DNA of 64,000 bases, from assembly GCF_009914755.1 (NCBI RefSeq), contig NC_060940.1, one strand, 5' to 3'. The notes under the pieces are model-generated. The model did not search any database and was not told the origin of the DNA. It saw only the letters and a program-made list of their open reading frames with translations. The first letter of the stretch is position 1. Every line of letters starts with the position of its first letter. A program made the position numbers and the translations under genes. Below are positions 11,882-27,428 of this stretch, piece by piece. This DNA is from the human T2T-CHM13v2.0 reference genome, Homo sapiens.

Positions 11882-12359
11882 TGTTACCCACACAATGGAT
11901 GAGTTTGGTAGCCTGGCCAGTGACAGCCCAATGACCACAACCAAGAGGGGTTTAACAAGGTGGTTTTTATTACTTGCAACAAGTACAAAGAACACCAGGG
12001 ATAGTTTCCAAAGCAGTGGCCCCTTGAGCTGGGGCTGGGTCAGGTTTTATAAGCATAGGGTAATGAGGTGCAATCTGATTGGATCTTGAAATGAAGTGAT
12101 GTCAGGAGGCCTGATCTGACTGGGTCCTGCCATGAGGTGACAGCAGAGCCTGATCTGATTGGATTCTGGATCCTGCCGTGTGATACCTGCTTCTCCATTC
12201 AGTCCCCACTCCTTGGTCTGAGCACTTAGGGTGCCCCCAGAAGTTGCAAGCTTGGTTCATCTGAGCATGCTTAGGTTACATGAGCAGAGGGTTTGTGGCA
12301 GCTGAGAAACAATTGACAACTTTGTTACATAAAAGTTGAACCAAATTGTTCATTGGACA
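11882..12359 (-). mobile_element. ERV1-class solo LTR
   Basis: TG...CA ends, 4 bp TSD agct/ggct, reverse AATAAA and TATA, repeated ctgattgg (CCAAT) boxes. Confidence 0.75.
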
Positions 12360-13279
12360 GGCTTGCCCCAGAGGGACAATGAGGTTATAATTTTTCCTTA
12401 AACTTGATGAAGAACCTACTAGATGAATTTTTAAAAATGAGTAATTGATGGGATTTAATTCTTTTAACCTTAAACACTTAGGTGTACTTGCCAGGCTCCA
12501 GAGACGCACAGTTATATTGGCCTTCCTTCCTGCACCCCCATGGAGCCCCCAAACTAATGAGAATTAGAGTTGTATAAACAAATAATTACTATATAATGTA
12601 ATAAGTGGAATCTATATGATGAAGGGCACAGAGAAGAGAATGGAGACTTTCCTGGTGAAAATCGGGACAGGAGGAGGTGACAGTGGAGCCCTGTCTTAAA
12701 GAATGAGAGGAATCTTCATCTTTTGGAAGAGTGTTACATGCCAGTCTGAAAAGCATCTGGAGGCATGATTGTTTTAGGTGGGGGAAATTGGGACCAAGAC
12801 TTAAGGCCACTGGGCTAAATTCTGGTCACAGGATTTGGCCCCGGACCCATCTACACCATATCCCAGTCCAGGGAATACGCTCAGCTTTCCCATAGATTCA
12901 AGGTGGATCTCACACCTGCCTACCTGTACTAGGGGCAGAAATACAAACCCACCTTTCCCAGGATAAGATGGGCTGCTGGTCTCCTTCCTGTTTAGTCCCC
13001 TTCCTAGGTAGACATACGCAATCTCCTCACCCTCTCACCCCACCTCCCAATGTTCAGCACCAGAGATCTGAAAAATCAACTTAGGTCAATAAATAGTTGT
13101 CTCAGTGGGGCTCCTCACATTGTGACAATGAACTTTGCCTTTAGTTTTCTGGTAAATACTGAGAACATGTTGATTTTATCATTTGGGGGGAAAAAGCAAG
13201 CCCCCCCCAAACAACTTATAACACATTTTATTCCATTTTTCTAGTGTGAAATGAAAATATGAATGTGCCTTCTAGGAAC

Positions 13280-14087
<808 letters not shown>

Positions 14088-14962
14088 ATGAAATTTCAAC
14101 TGTCTGAAAAAGCTGTGTCTTAGCTTACCAACATTTTCCAACCAATCTTCAAAATGACTCCAGCCCTCCCACATTAGAGACCTCCAATTTGTCTCACTAT
14201 CCCTTCCACTTGACTTCTCAAGGCAAATGCCCTCAGCACCAACTTCTCCCTGCCTTTATCTCCAGCTAATAAAATGGCTCTCTGAGGGAGTATCAGGGGA
14301 AGGAAAGACATCTGATTTGCAGCACCTGCCAATTTCCCTGGTGTACATACACTCACCTGGACCAATTTCAAGCTACCAAAGTGACATCACTGCATGCAAA
14401 TTAGGAAGAGACAAGCACAATCAGCTCTCGGGAGACAGAACTAGCAAGCTCAGGCACACCACTCTCCCTGCTTCCCGTAGCCAGGGAACACCTGAGAGAA
14501 TACATCGAGGCCCTGGAGTTTCCTTATGCACTTGTGTGCCTGGTGCCTGGATTTAGCCTGAGCTCTGGGCACTGGACCAAACACATTTTCAACACCTCTG
14601 AAACGAATCAGATTGCATTTCATCTGATGATGCAATGGAGTCATCTCATAAAGCATTTAACTCACCTAAATCCAATCCTATTCTATCGAACTGAGAAAAA
14701 AGAGATGACTTAAATAGTATAAGCAATTTTACCTGCTATCTTGTTCATGAACATATATTGCAGAATAACCATGAGAAGGGAGGCATAGATCTTTTGTCCT
14801 TTCAATGTCGGCATACCCTTCACAGTGTGAGCATTTTTCCCTACTAATTGTGATTCTAATGTTAGTTATTATTTATTTTTTATCCTCCATGGTCCCTAAA
14901 TGCAAGCCACCTACTTCCTCTGACCAACTGAATAGACAGAAATGTGCAGCAATGATGGAAGG

Positions 14963-15344
14963 CAGTATGGTTTGAGTGTTTGTCCTCTGCAAAATTCATG
15001 TTGAAGCTAAATCCCTAATACAACAGTGTTAAAAGGTGGAGCTTTGGGGAGGTTTGGCTCCACCAAAGCTCCACGAGGGCTCCACCCTCAGGGATGGGAT
15101 TAGCACTCTTATAAAAAGGGCTTGAGGGAGTGGGTTTGGCCCCTTTTGGCCCTTCCATCCCTTCCGCCGTGTGAGGACACAGCGTTCAGGGCGCCATCTT
15201 GGAAAAGACCAGGCTCTCACCAGAAACTAAATCTGTCAACACCTTGATCTTGAATTTCCCAGCCTTCAGAACTGTGAGAAAGACATTTCTATTATTTATA
15301 AATTGTCAGGTCTGTGGTATTTTGTATAGCAGCCCAAACACACA
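14963..15344 (+). mobile_element. MST/MLT1A-type MaLR LTR
   Basis: tatggtttgagtgtttgtcc...cagaactgtgagaa...tattttgtatagcagcccaaac. Confidence 0.8.
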
Positions 15345-15600
15345 GTAGGTAAAACTGGTAAAGTTGGACTGAGGGGATTTCTCAAGGCGATTTTGCTTCC
15401 GTGCCTTTGTGGTCTGACCTGTTCACTCCGGAACCCCAAAGCTGAGTAAGATGCTGCTCCGCTTTCTATGTCCCCCACCGTGGCATCTGCTGAGTACAGA
15501 GCACACTCAGACTGCAGGAAAAGGGACCAGATGGTAATGAAAGGTGGTAAGAGAAGAGCCAGGGAGGATGGAAGGGCTTCTAGCAACTTCTTAATTCTTA

Positions 15601-15912
<312 letters not shown>

Positions 15913-16803
15913 TCAGGCTTTTTCCTACATGCTGCTAGGGGCACGTGGTTTGTGCCCCTTTCTCATGCAACACAGTGTTTGATGGAAATGCACCCAGTAG
16001 GCATGTGTGTGACTGATGTTTATTTTACTCCCACAAGCCTTGAAAAAGTGGAGATGAGTTTGTGTGACTGACGTGTGTCTGGCTGATCCACATCTGACCA
16101 GAACATGATTGACTACACACGGCTGATTAGATCGTGGCTGACTGACACATGCTTAATGGATAGCGCCCACCCCAGCACACCTCAGTCTGCAGCTTGTCTG
16201 TGGAGTTCCAGTCAGTTGACATATGCTCAGCCTTGCAGTGGGGCTAGCATCTTGCCATCTATTGATGGGCCTGCTATCCTGCCCTCAGGCTTCTAGGAAG
16301 GGACTCTGTTCCTCTCCAGGCCTAGAGGCAAGGATATATTTATAGCTTGACTGTAGCTGCAGCTCAGCCCCTGACCTAGCTGCCCTTCCACGCTGGGCAT
16401 TTTGCTGCGTCGCAGATCAGCATGGGCTCTGCAGCTCACTGTACTCAGATGAACCTGGCCCTCATGGGGTAGAGTTCCAGGGTCCTCACTGTGGCTTTAA
16501 GGGCAATTCACGCCACTGTCAGAGTCCCAGATCCTTTTCCAAAAGCTGTAGCCATTCAAGCCCTTGGGCAGAGGCATAGCAAGGAGCTTCTGGGTAATAA
16601 GAAGAAACAAAGATAACAGAGGCTAAGTACTTAGGGCACGAAAGTATTTTATACAGGACTTCAATTTTCCTCCTGCCTTTGAATAATTGTAACATGACTT
16701 GTATATTGGCTCAAGGAAATAAAGTCCTTTCATATACTTTATATCATTTAGTATTTGTAATAACAAAGATTTTTATTCCCATTCTGCAGAGGGAAGAAAT
16801 TGA

Positions 16804-17005
16804 ATCCCATGAGTTTTTTTTAGAAGTGACTTGTCTGAGGTTACATAGCCAGCTCAAATCAACAACTTCTAACTCTAATTTCTTATCTTTATGAGGAAAA
16901 GATTTATGCTGCAACAGTAAAATTTAAATTGTCTTTTAAGAAGAACTTGCCATCAGCAAATTTGTTAGACCTGGGAGTAGAGAACAGATGTACATTGTCT
17001 TTTTC
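16804..17005 (+). repeat. Direct repeat copy A1 (partner at 18744-18948)
   Basis: About 90% identical to the second copy by eye; begins within a MIR fragment. Confidence 0.9.
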
Positions 17006-17220
17006 CTACTGTTCATTAAGTCCAGTATATTATTAACTGAGAAGAGGAGCTCATACTAAGAAATTAGACACAAATCCTGGTGCTCTGTTTGTAGCAACAA
17101 GAACAAGCAGACAGGGGTATAGAATGGGAACGTGACCAAGCCTGCTCTCCAAAACTAAGCTGACATGTGGGGGGTGGAGTTGCTACAGGGGTCAACACAA
17201 AATTCCAGACAAAAAGTTAA

Positions 17221-17605
17221 GTAATTTTAAATTCAACCCGTCAGAGTAACTAAAATAAATGAGACATTACAAGCAGATGGCTATCTCATCTAAACTTCTA
17301 AAAGTTTATATTATGTTAAGACGTATGAAATAGCTACTTTTGTAAGTCAAAACAGCTAAGTATTGGCAATTTCATGTGGAATCAAGAGGGAGGTAGAATC
17401 ATACAAAGAAATACTATAGTGAGAAAAGCTCTCTGATGATTGAGCTCAAACATAGATGTGAGTTTCCTAACAGTAAAAGCAAAGAGAAAACTGATGGGTG
17501 ATGTGTCTCTTATGATATCATATGGTCTAATGAAGTGAGCTCCAAGGAGACAGGGCTCATTTCCTCTTTATATAAGAGATGCTGGTCAACATAATGGATC
17601 CTCTA
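17221..17605 (+). mobile_element. MER113 (hAT-Charlie) 3' portion including MADE2-like palindrome
   Basis: tagaatcatacaaagaaat...gtgagaaaagctctct...gagctccaaggagacagggctcatt matches remembered MER113. Confidence 0.75.
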
Positions 17606-18332
17606 TAATTATTTTTACAGGAAATCCTAGGATAATCCTCATATTGCTATTTTCTATATAAACCCTAATGATAAGTATGAATTAGAAAGCATATGACATA
17701 ATGGTTCTATTAGGGTGATTCTATGTGGGATCAAGGTGATATAGTGCAAGAACTGCGAATTATAGGTGGTATGGATTGATAGAGTGAGAAAGTCTGTAGA
17801 ATTCCAAGAGGTGAATAATGATGATCTTATTCTTCCTAGACCCTCCGCCATTTGATTTTGGCATTAGCTGGAGGCAAACAATTCACCACTAATGTCACTG
17901 GTGAGTGTATGAAAGACAAGTATTCTATGACATCGTATGAAAGAAGATCTATCTGTTAAAAAAATTGGGCAAATAGTCCACAGACATTATAATTTCTAGT
18001 TATATAATCATAATTGAAATATGAAATCACTTCACGTCTTGCTGGTTAAGATGACCCTACAACAGACTGTGTACATCCAATATTTCCATGCCACCGAGAG
18101 TCAAGAGCCAAGAGTTTGTCTCCCAAAATGTTCTCAGTTAATTAAAAAATTCAACAAGCACTCCGCTGAATCTCCAAAATGCCATCATGGCCTTAGCCAT
18201 AAAGATTCTAAGGTCAGAAACTTCCAAGGTGCCACTTTCACCTTGTAGCATAAATGCCTGCCCCCACTAATGTGATCCACCATTTTCCCAATGTTATTTT
18301 TTAAAGTGTTCTGCCAATTTGAGTTTGTAAAG

Positions 18333-18625
18333 TTGAACCACATGAAATTGCCAATACTTAGCTCTTTTGACTTACAAAAGTAGCAACTTCATACGTTTCA
18401 ACATAATATAAACTTTTAGAAATTTAGATGAGATAGCCATCTGCTTGTAATGTCTCATTTATTTTAGTTACTCTGACGGATTGTATTTAAAATTACATTA
18501 ATATATGAATTTAAAATACTGCTTTTCCCCTCAAATCTTATGAAATGTTATTATTTACATGTTCATTAATCTTTGACATCAGGATCTTGTTTTGCATTGT
18601 CTAACAGCTGTCTGGGAAGCCCCAG
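18333..18625 (-). mobile_element. MER113 5' portion in opposite orientation
   Basis: gttgaaccacatgaaattgcc (MADE2-like) through ...gtctgggaagccccag terminus; 18333-18496 is the inverted copy of 17221-17385. Confidence 0.75.
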
Positions 18626-18743
18626 TTTTCAAATCCATGTATGGTGACACCAGGGAAATTTTCTCCCAGCCCCATGCACCCATTCCCAAGACGTTAGGAC
18701 AGTTGACCTATCTGGTGTTTGGTCAGGAAGGGGTGGAGTCATG

Positions 18744-18948
18744 ATCCCAGCAGTTTTTTTTGTTTTTAAGTGATTTGTCTGAGGTTACACAGCCAGAACC
18801 CAAATCAACAACTTAAAACTCTAATTTCTTATCTTTACGAGGAAAAGACTTATGCTGCAACACTAAAATTTAAATTGTCTTTTAAGAACTTTCCATCAGC
18901 AAAGCTTGTTAGACCTGGGAATAAAGAACAGATACACGTTGTCTTTTT
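18744..18948 (+). repeat. Direct repeat copy A2
   Basis: Aligns to 16804-17005. Confidence 0.9.
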
Positions 18949-20032
18949 TTTTAGTCACTTCACATCTGGCTGGTTCAAATGACCTTCCAGCACATTGTTT
19001 ACATCCAACACTTGCACTGTGAGTTCACATCACCAAGAATAAGCACTAAATCTGTGTTAAATTTCTTTGCCTTCTCTGTTACCAAGTCCATCCGGTGACC
19101 TATATAAACATTCCAAATTAGCATTAAGTCAGCTCATATGAGACTGTACAAACAGTACTTCACGGTTCAAAAGAAAGTAGAGAATGCCTTTTAATATACA
19201 GACTTTATAAGGACTCAAATATAGGATGGCTCCATCTTTTCTGAGGGGCTTTTTTAGTGGGGGCAGCTGTCATACCTTATTTAAGTATGCTTGCAGAGGG
19301 CTTTTGATTTTGAGTTCAAATGTATAGCAGTCAACCTTTCAGGGAAAATTGGCAGCAACGTGGCCCCCAGGTAACAGAGTGAATGAACCTCTGGGGTAGA
19401 ATAATTTAATGTCATCATGTGGATGCCAAGATTTTTCTGCCAAATCCATGTTTTCTTTTTGGCATCAGTCACATTTAGCTAATTCTGCCTGGCACCATTT
19501 AGTCAATAGGTTTGGCTGTATCACGTTGCCTCCTGGAAACTGTGACTATAACGTTGACATGTAATGGATAAAAGGAAACTGGTGTCCCTGTTTGCTATGG
19601 TGGTAGGACATGTTTCTAGTTCATCTAAAAACTGCATCAAATTGTTGAAGGACACAGTCTCATTTCATGCCATTTAAAGGTAGAATTTGGTATCCTACCC
19701 ACTTAGATTCTCTCAGTGAATTTTTAAAAAGAGAGAGACAGAAAGAGAGAATTAAAAGCCTTGGATCAATACTATTAAGATCATATGACTTGACCCATAA
19801 ATGATTTATGTATGTGAAATCAAGGCCAATAATATGTCAGGGGTCGTAGTTTATTTGTTCTAACCACTCTATTGAGTGAAACCAAATCAAACCATGATCA
19901 GTGGTTGAAGAACTAAACTAAAGCCTTCTGTTCCTTTTCTGTCCCTTGTGGAAAACATTAGGACAAGTGACCCTGGTCTTCAGTTTATGAAGATGAAATG
20001 TGGCATTGAGATTTCAGGGAATAGTCAGTGGG

Positions 20033-20826
<794 letters not shown>

Positions 20827-20999
20827 TAAAATACAAAAGCATAACTATTACTATAAGGGAATACCTTCCCACATTCATCTGGTTTCAAGAGAAGGGGTTT
20901 TCACAAAACACTCCTAGACTTTGCTTAGTCCTTCTCCTCACAAAATTTATCTGGTTGGTGGGTGCAGTCATTGGTCATTTCCTGGTTGGGTGGAGATAA

Positions 21000-21324
<325 letters not shown>

Positions 21325-22044
21325 TAAATAACTCATTTTTGTCTCTTTCTCCTTCCTCTCCAACCTGACTAGAGTCAGGCAGTGATCTGGGCAAGTGAGT
21401 CTGTTTCTAAGAATCACACTTACCCTCAGGTGGGCTGCCCAATGTTCCAGCTGGGGGACGAGGTGGGGTGGGCATTAGTAGGGCCCTTGACTCTAATAAA
21501 ATCAGATCACAGCTGAGTCTTTACCACAATGAGAATGTTATTGTAATCTCCCATCTGACTTAGCTTCATCTTTTTCTCAATTGGATCAGACTTCAGGTGA
21601 AAAAAATAATAGGGTTGTGCCTTTTTGGTTCTCTCAAAGCCCAACAAATACTAAAAGAAATTTTTTGAACCATCAATGCACTACTTAAACACACCAACAA
21701 TAAGACATTCATTCCACATCGAGATACACTGAATATGGATAATGATTTGGGAAATTAGAGGAGTGTATCCTTTTTTTCTAGCTAGAATAGATTACGATTT
21801 GAATTTGCCCTGATGGACTCTATTCAAAGAGTTAATTACAATAATTTATAATAATTGGGGCACACAAAACTGAAAGCAAAACCTAAAGTGATCTAATGGC
21901 CAAACATTTTCTCCAAGAGCAAGGTGGTATTCCAAAAATGTAAAAACCAGTGCAACATTGGCTCTGACCAATGAGACTAGATTCCAGCCGCGTACAGCTA
22001 GGGTGGCTTCCTTCTGCTTGGGGTAACACAGAATCCTCTAAGAC

Positions 22045-22272
22045 TCTGCTACCCAAAGTGTGTTCTGCAGACCAGCATCATCAGTATCACCTGGGAGCTT
22101 GTTCAAATGCAGAATACCAGTCCCCACTCCGACCTGCTGGATCAGAATCTGCATTTTTAACAAGATCCCCGGGTGACTCATATGCACATTTTCATGTGAG
22201 AAACACAATGCATTTCTAAAAAGCTGCCAAGGGATCCTGGTCTCAGACCCCACCTTGAGTAGCAAGGCTCTA
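22045..22272. mobile_element. MER5-family MITE(s)
   Basis: caaagtgtg...atcacctgggagcttgtt..aatgcaga...atcagaatctgcattttt. Confidence 0.8.
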
Positions 22273-23669
22273 AGGGATGGAGTGGATGTCTCTAGACTCT
22301 GGAATTGGGGGAAATCTTCCCAGGCATTAAACCAGTATACACACCCTCCAACTTCCCTCCCTGAGTCTGTTTAACAGCAGCACTGCCCCCAAACCTGAAT
22401 TGGTTCCCCTGATAGCCAGGTACCCGGCTTCTCTGGCAGTGCTAACTGTCTATTTCATTGTTAAGCAATGAACTACTTCCAGGACTTAGAGAGTCCCTGA
22501 ATTAGCTTTCTCTGAGTACTGAAGTCTTCATTTAGAAAAGGAATACGTATCCACAGAAAATTAAAAAAAAAAAAAGTTCGCAACAAACAGGGAAGATGTT
22601 AACATGTGTTAAACTTTCATGGTGGGTATGTGGATGTCTGTTATATTATTTTCTATATGTTTGAAGTTTTAAAATTGAGAGATTAAAAACGATCAATTAA
22701 AAGTAACAGATACCCAACTGAGATAAGAAAAATTGCAAAGAAAAGAATAAAAATCACCTATAATTCCACTACCCAGATATATCTTTGAATATTCATCCTT
22801 TCAGTCCTTTTTCTTGTTAAAAAGAAAATTTTTAATTTGCATTTTCATTAGAATACTTGAAGCTCCTGCTTTTAATTCCTCTCCTTCATAAAGCCCAATT
22901 GAAATGGTCACAGAAATAGAAAAAATGGGTGGGTTGGGGGAGACCCTCATCAATACCAGGAGATGGGGAAGCTAGCCATTCAAAAGCCGGGGCTGGAAAG
23001 GGATTTCCACAAAGATCCCTCCAGCACAGAGTGATGGGACCAGGACAGGACACAGGACATGAGACATGGGCAGCATTAGCGCTAGACCACGGAGCTGTCC
23101 ACCCTGGCAATTCCCCTGGACAGTGCACCAAGCCAAGCGGAGGCATTTCTGCAGTGAGCTCTTAATGAGGACACTTAGAGGAGAGGGCAGTGCCCTACTA
23201 ACTTCTGCTGCCAAAATAAACTCAGAGAGGAAACTGCTTTGCCTAGCAGGAAACTTCTCTTCTGCAATGCTGACCCCCCCAGAAACTCACTTCCTACTCA
23301 TTATCAGAAGCAACCCAAATCCCAATCCAGCAAAAGAAAAATACAAAAAACAAGCTCTCCCATTTCCCCTTAGTATGAGACAAAAGGATCAAACAAAGAC
23401 CCATTTAAAAAAAAAAAAAACCCAGGAAAGAACAAGAAGATCTCCCTCTGTAAAGGTGTCCAAGGAAAGAAAAATTATAGGGGAAAAGGAAAAAAAGAGA
23501 AGATTCAGGAGTTTAAAATGAGATTGCGCTAAAAGTTTCTTCTCAGATGTAAGCCAAGAAAAATGAAAAAATTTTTTATAATTATTCCTACTCCATATTT
23601 TCTTGAGACTTGAGAAGATTACGCTTGTAAAAAGGGAACGGTTAAGAAATATTGTTTTCAGCCAAAAGA

Positions 23670-23900
23670 AGGTGTAGGTTAGGTGAAAAGGACAAGCTTT
23701 GGAGTTAGACAACCTGAGTTCAAATTTTGGCTCTGCCATTTTTCAGCCATGTGAGTTTGATCAGGAAAACTTCCCTATGCCTCAGTTTCTTTAGCTGTTA
23801 AAAGGGCTGGTGATGATAGTCCCTACCTCACAGACTGCTAGGGGATATGAAATGTGACAATATGTACCAAGTCATATATGGCAAAGCAGTCAATAGTGGT
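23670..23900 (+). mobile_element. MIR SINE
   Basis: gctttggagttagacaacctgagttcaaat...gcctcagtttc. Confidence 0.7.
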
Positions 23901-23932
23901 ACATATTATTTTGCTATAAAAATAAAATTGCT

Positions 23933-24261
<329 letters not shown>

Positions 24262-24726
24262 TTAAAATGCAATAAACAAACTTTGTTTGCTAAAGGGTAA
24301 ATCTAGCCTCTATGTTTACCTCTATTCCTTCCCCAAATGCCACTGCAATGATACAAATTTTAAAACTGTAGAAAATCTGGAAAAGAAGAGAAAGGTACTA
24401 CCAGTAGACAAGAAGCTCTGGGGAATTCTTGGAAGACGTGAAGTGACACTGTTAAGCTGACAGAAAACTCCATCTGGGCTGAGCGCTCCCTACTCTGCAA
24501 CAGAATCCATAGCGAGACAGCAGTTGCCCAAGGCTCCTTGGCTGTTCTCCCCTCCCAGGAAGCAGTGCTGTCTGCAGAGGAGGAAAGGAGAGAGTCGAAG
24601 TTGCTGACTAAGGAATTGATAAAGAATGGAATAACCTCTTTAAAGAATTTTAGGAAGTATTTCTTTGGATCCACGATGTATGTTGATTTATTTTTCAGGA
24701 GTAGGAGTGGTTGGCAAGAGTTATAC

Positions 24727-24890
24727 TGTGTGTGTCTGTGTGTGTGGCTGGCATTTGCAAGCATGTGTATGTGCATGCATGTCCATGTGTGTGGTGTGTG
24801 CATGCATGTGCATGTGTGGTATGTGTATGTATGTGCATGCATATGGTGTGTGCATGCATGATGCGTGTGTGTGTATGTATGTGTGCATAT
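24727..24890. repeat. Degenerate (TG)/(CATG) alternating purine-pyrimidine repeat
   Basis: Directly visible. Confidence 0.85.
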
Positions 24891-27132
24891 TAGAGTGTCT
24901 ATGCATAAATCCATGAGTGGCTAAGCAGGTAGCTTTTGCAGGACTGTATTTGCAAAGTGTTTGGAGTGGATTTTTGGATGTCTGTCCTATCCAGAAGTGT
25001 CAGCAGCTGTTTGTGAAAGGGTATCTGTTGGCAGGCAGTGTGTGAAAGTAGTGAAGAGCCCAGACCAGAGTGAAATATTGTTTTCAGCCTAGGTTTAATC
25101 AAGACTCCATCCTTTACTAGTTCTATGACCTTAGGCAAATAACTCATAATTACTCTGTGCCTCAGTTCCTCGTTTGTAAAAGGGGACTAGCTGTATCACC
25201 ATCCCATAAGACGATATGAAGGCAAAATGAAAACATAGAGAAATCACCTAGCTTTTGCCAGGTATGCAGAAAGCACTCAGCGAATATGAGCCATTAATAA
25301 CATCTGTAGCTGTGTGCATGTGTGTGTATGTGTATACTTGTATACCAGGTCCTCAAGCACAGCCTTGGAAGTTCCTGTCTAATGGAAGGTGACTAGATGG
25401 GAAATTTGAGGAGTGGTAGAGAAAGAAGCCCTCCTTTTGTCAATTACAAAGGAAGTTGCAATTTGTGGCAAAACATGTAATCAAAACTCCTAGGCAGCCC
25501 TCTTCATTCCTCCAGGGTCCATACATCTTCCCCAGAGCAAGAGGACTCAGAGAGACATTGTTGCTTGATAATGATTTCCATAATCCTCAGTATCAGCTAC
25601 TAAGCCAGCAGCCTACTGCACATAAGCAATAATAATTTATAGTTGCAGTTAATGGGCTGTTTTATAGGAACCCACAATTATAATTGGATGTCAAGTGTTG
25701 TGAATCTCAATGGATGGAAAGTGACAAGCACTGGGGCCTGGTGTTTAATTTTTTCATGTGATTATTAAATTTCTTATCTCCTTGCTCCTGTATCTTCTCT
25801 CATTGTGGCTTCCAGCTGTGGCCCCATTCTCTGTCAATCCTGGCTCTGAATCTTGAAATGTATTTCTGTACACCTGTTTCTGGCCCTATGGGCTTTTTAG
25901 TGGGCTTGGGTATACAGCCACCTGCTGGCCTAGAACCTATAGAAATTTGGCAGTACCAACTTTTCTGCTAGGAGCTCCCTGACCTCCAAAAAAAAAAAGA
26001 GGTCTCCAAAACAACGCATCCCAGCTCCATTGATTTGCTTAGCTTGCTTTGCACACACTGAACTGCACAGCACATGGCCTGGTGGCCCCCAACCCCTTCA
26101 GAAGGTGACCTTAAGGTCACCTTCAATCCAGTGACCGTGAGCCCTTAGAAACAGTAGTCTTGGCATTTTGCAGTCAGAATCTGTCCTAAGAGTTCTTCTA
26201 GACTCTAGGACATAAGATTAACACAGGATTCACCAATAGCAAGGATTAAGGAAGTGGTAGAGTTATTTTTGGGAAGTGGCAAATAGATTAAAGAACCATG
26301 GAAAGTTTGCTTTCATATTTTCACACCTGGGTGAAGGAGAAAGTATGGACTTCATTCAATGAAGTTGAGGAAAACTTCCCAGGAGATGAGATGGTAGGAG
26401 CTGATTGAGCAAGAGAAGGAGAGAGAAATCAAAGAGAGGCCAGCCAGGGCATTGAGATCTGGTGGTGGCCCTGAGCCCACCTGCCTCATCCATCTTAGAT
26501 TCCAGCCCAGCCAAGATACTGGTGTTCGAAGCCAAGTGCAGAGATTAATGGAGCGCAAAACTTAATCCCAAGCCTAGTGAAAACCATAGCTATGTAAAGA
26601 CCTAACATTTCCCAGTGCAATTCAGACACAAGCCAAGGTCTAATCCAAGTATAATCCTAGAGCCCTCTCCATAACCCATATTAAAGCACTCTCAGGCCCA
26701 GAACCCAATGGAACAGTAGCTCTGAATTCAGTATTGCCTAAAGCCCATAACCAGGGCCTAAATCCCAAGCTCATTTCAGGATGAAGAACAAAACAAGAAG
26801 CCAAAGTAATTGAGTAACTGAAAACCATTGCCCATCGATCATTACCTGAATCCAGAACCCTCTGACCCAACATTCCTCTACTGAGAAGGAATCACACCCT
26901 GGAAGTCCATGAGTGACTTGTCTCATAGCACCCAAAACACCTTATTTCACATGGACTTCCAGTTCTCTGGGGACATAGACTATCTTCCAGTCCACTAGGA
27001 AATTCTAAGCCTAGCACAGGGTCTGGCATAATAAATGCCTGCTCAGTGACTACATGGAAAACACGGAGTCGATTAAGAAGGTGGTTTTTGGAGTCCATTG
27101 GACCTTGGTAAGAATTCCTACTCTGCCACCCC

Positions 27133-27428
<296 letters not shown>

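Noticed and set aside
13053-13070. REST/RE1 site (TTCAGCACC)
   Set aside because: Only the left half-site matches; no GGACAG right half. Isolated right halves near 23091-23125 likewise lack partners.
26560-26880. Weak CCCTAA/CCCAG-like periodicity suggesting a degraded interstitial telomeric repeat
   Set aside because: Too degenerate to define a unit by eye; not supportable without a periodicity analysis.
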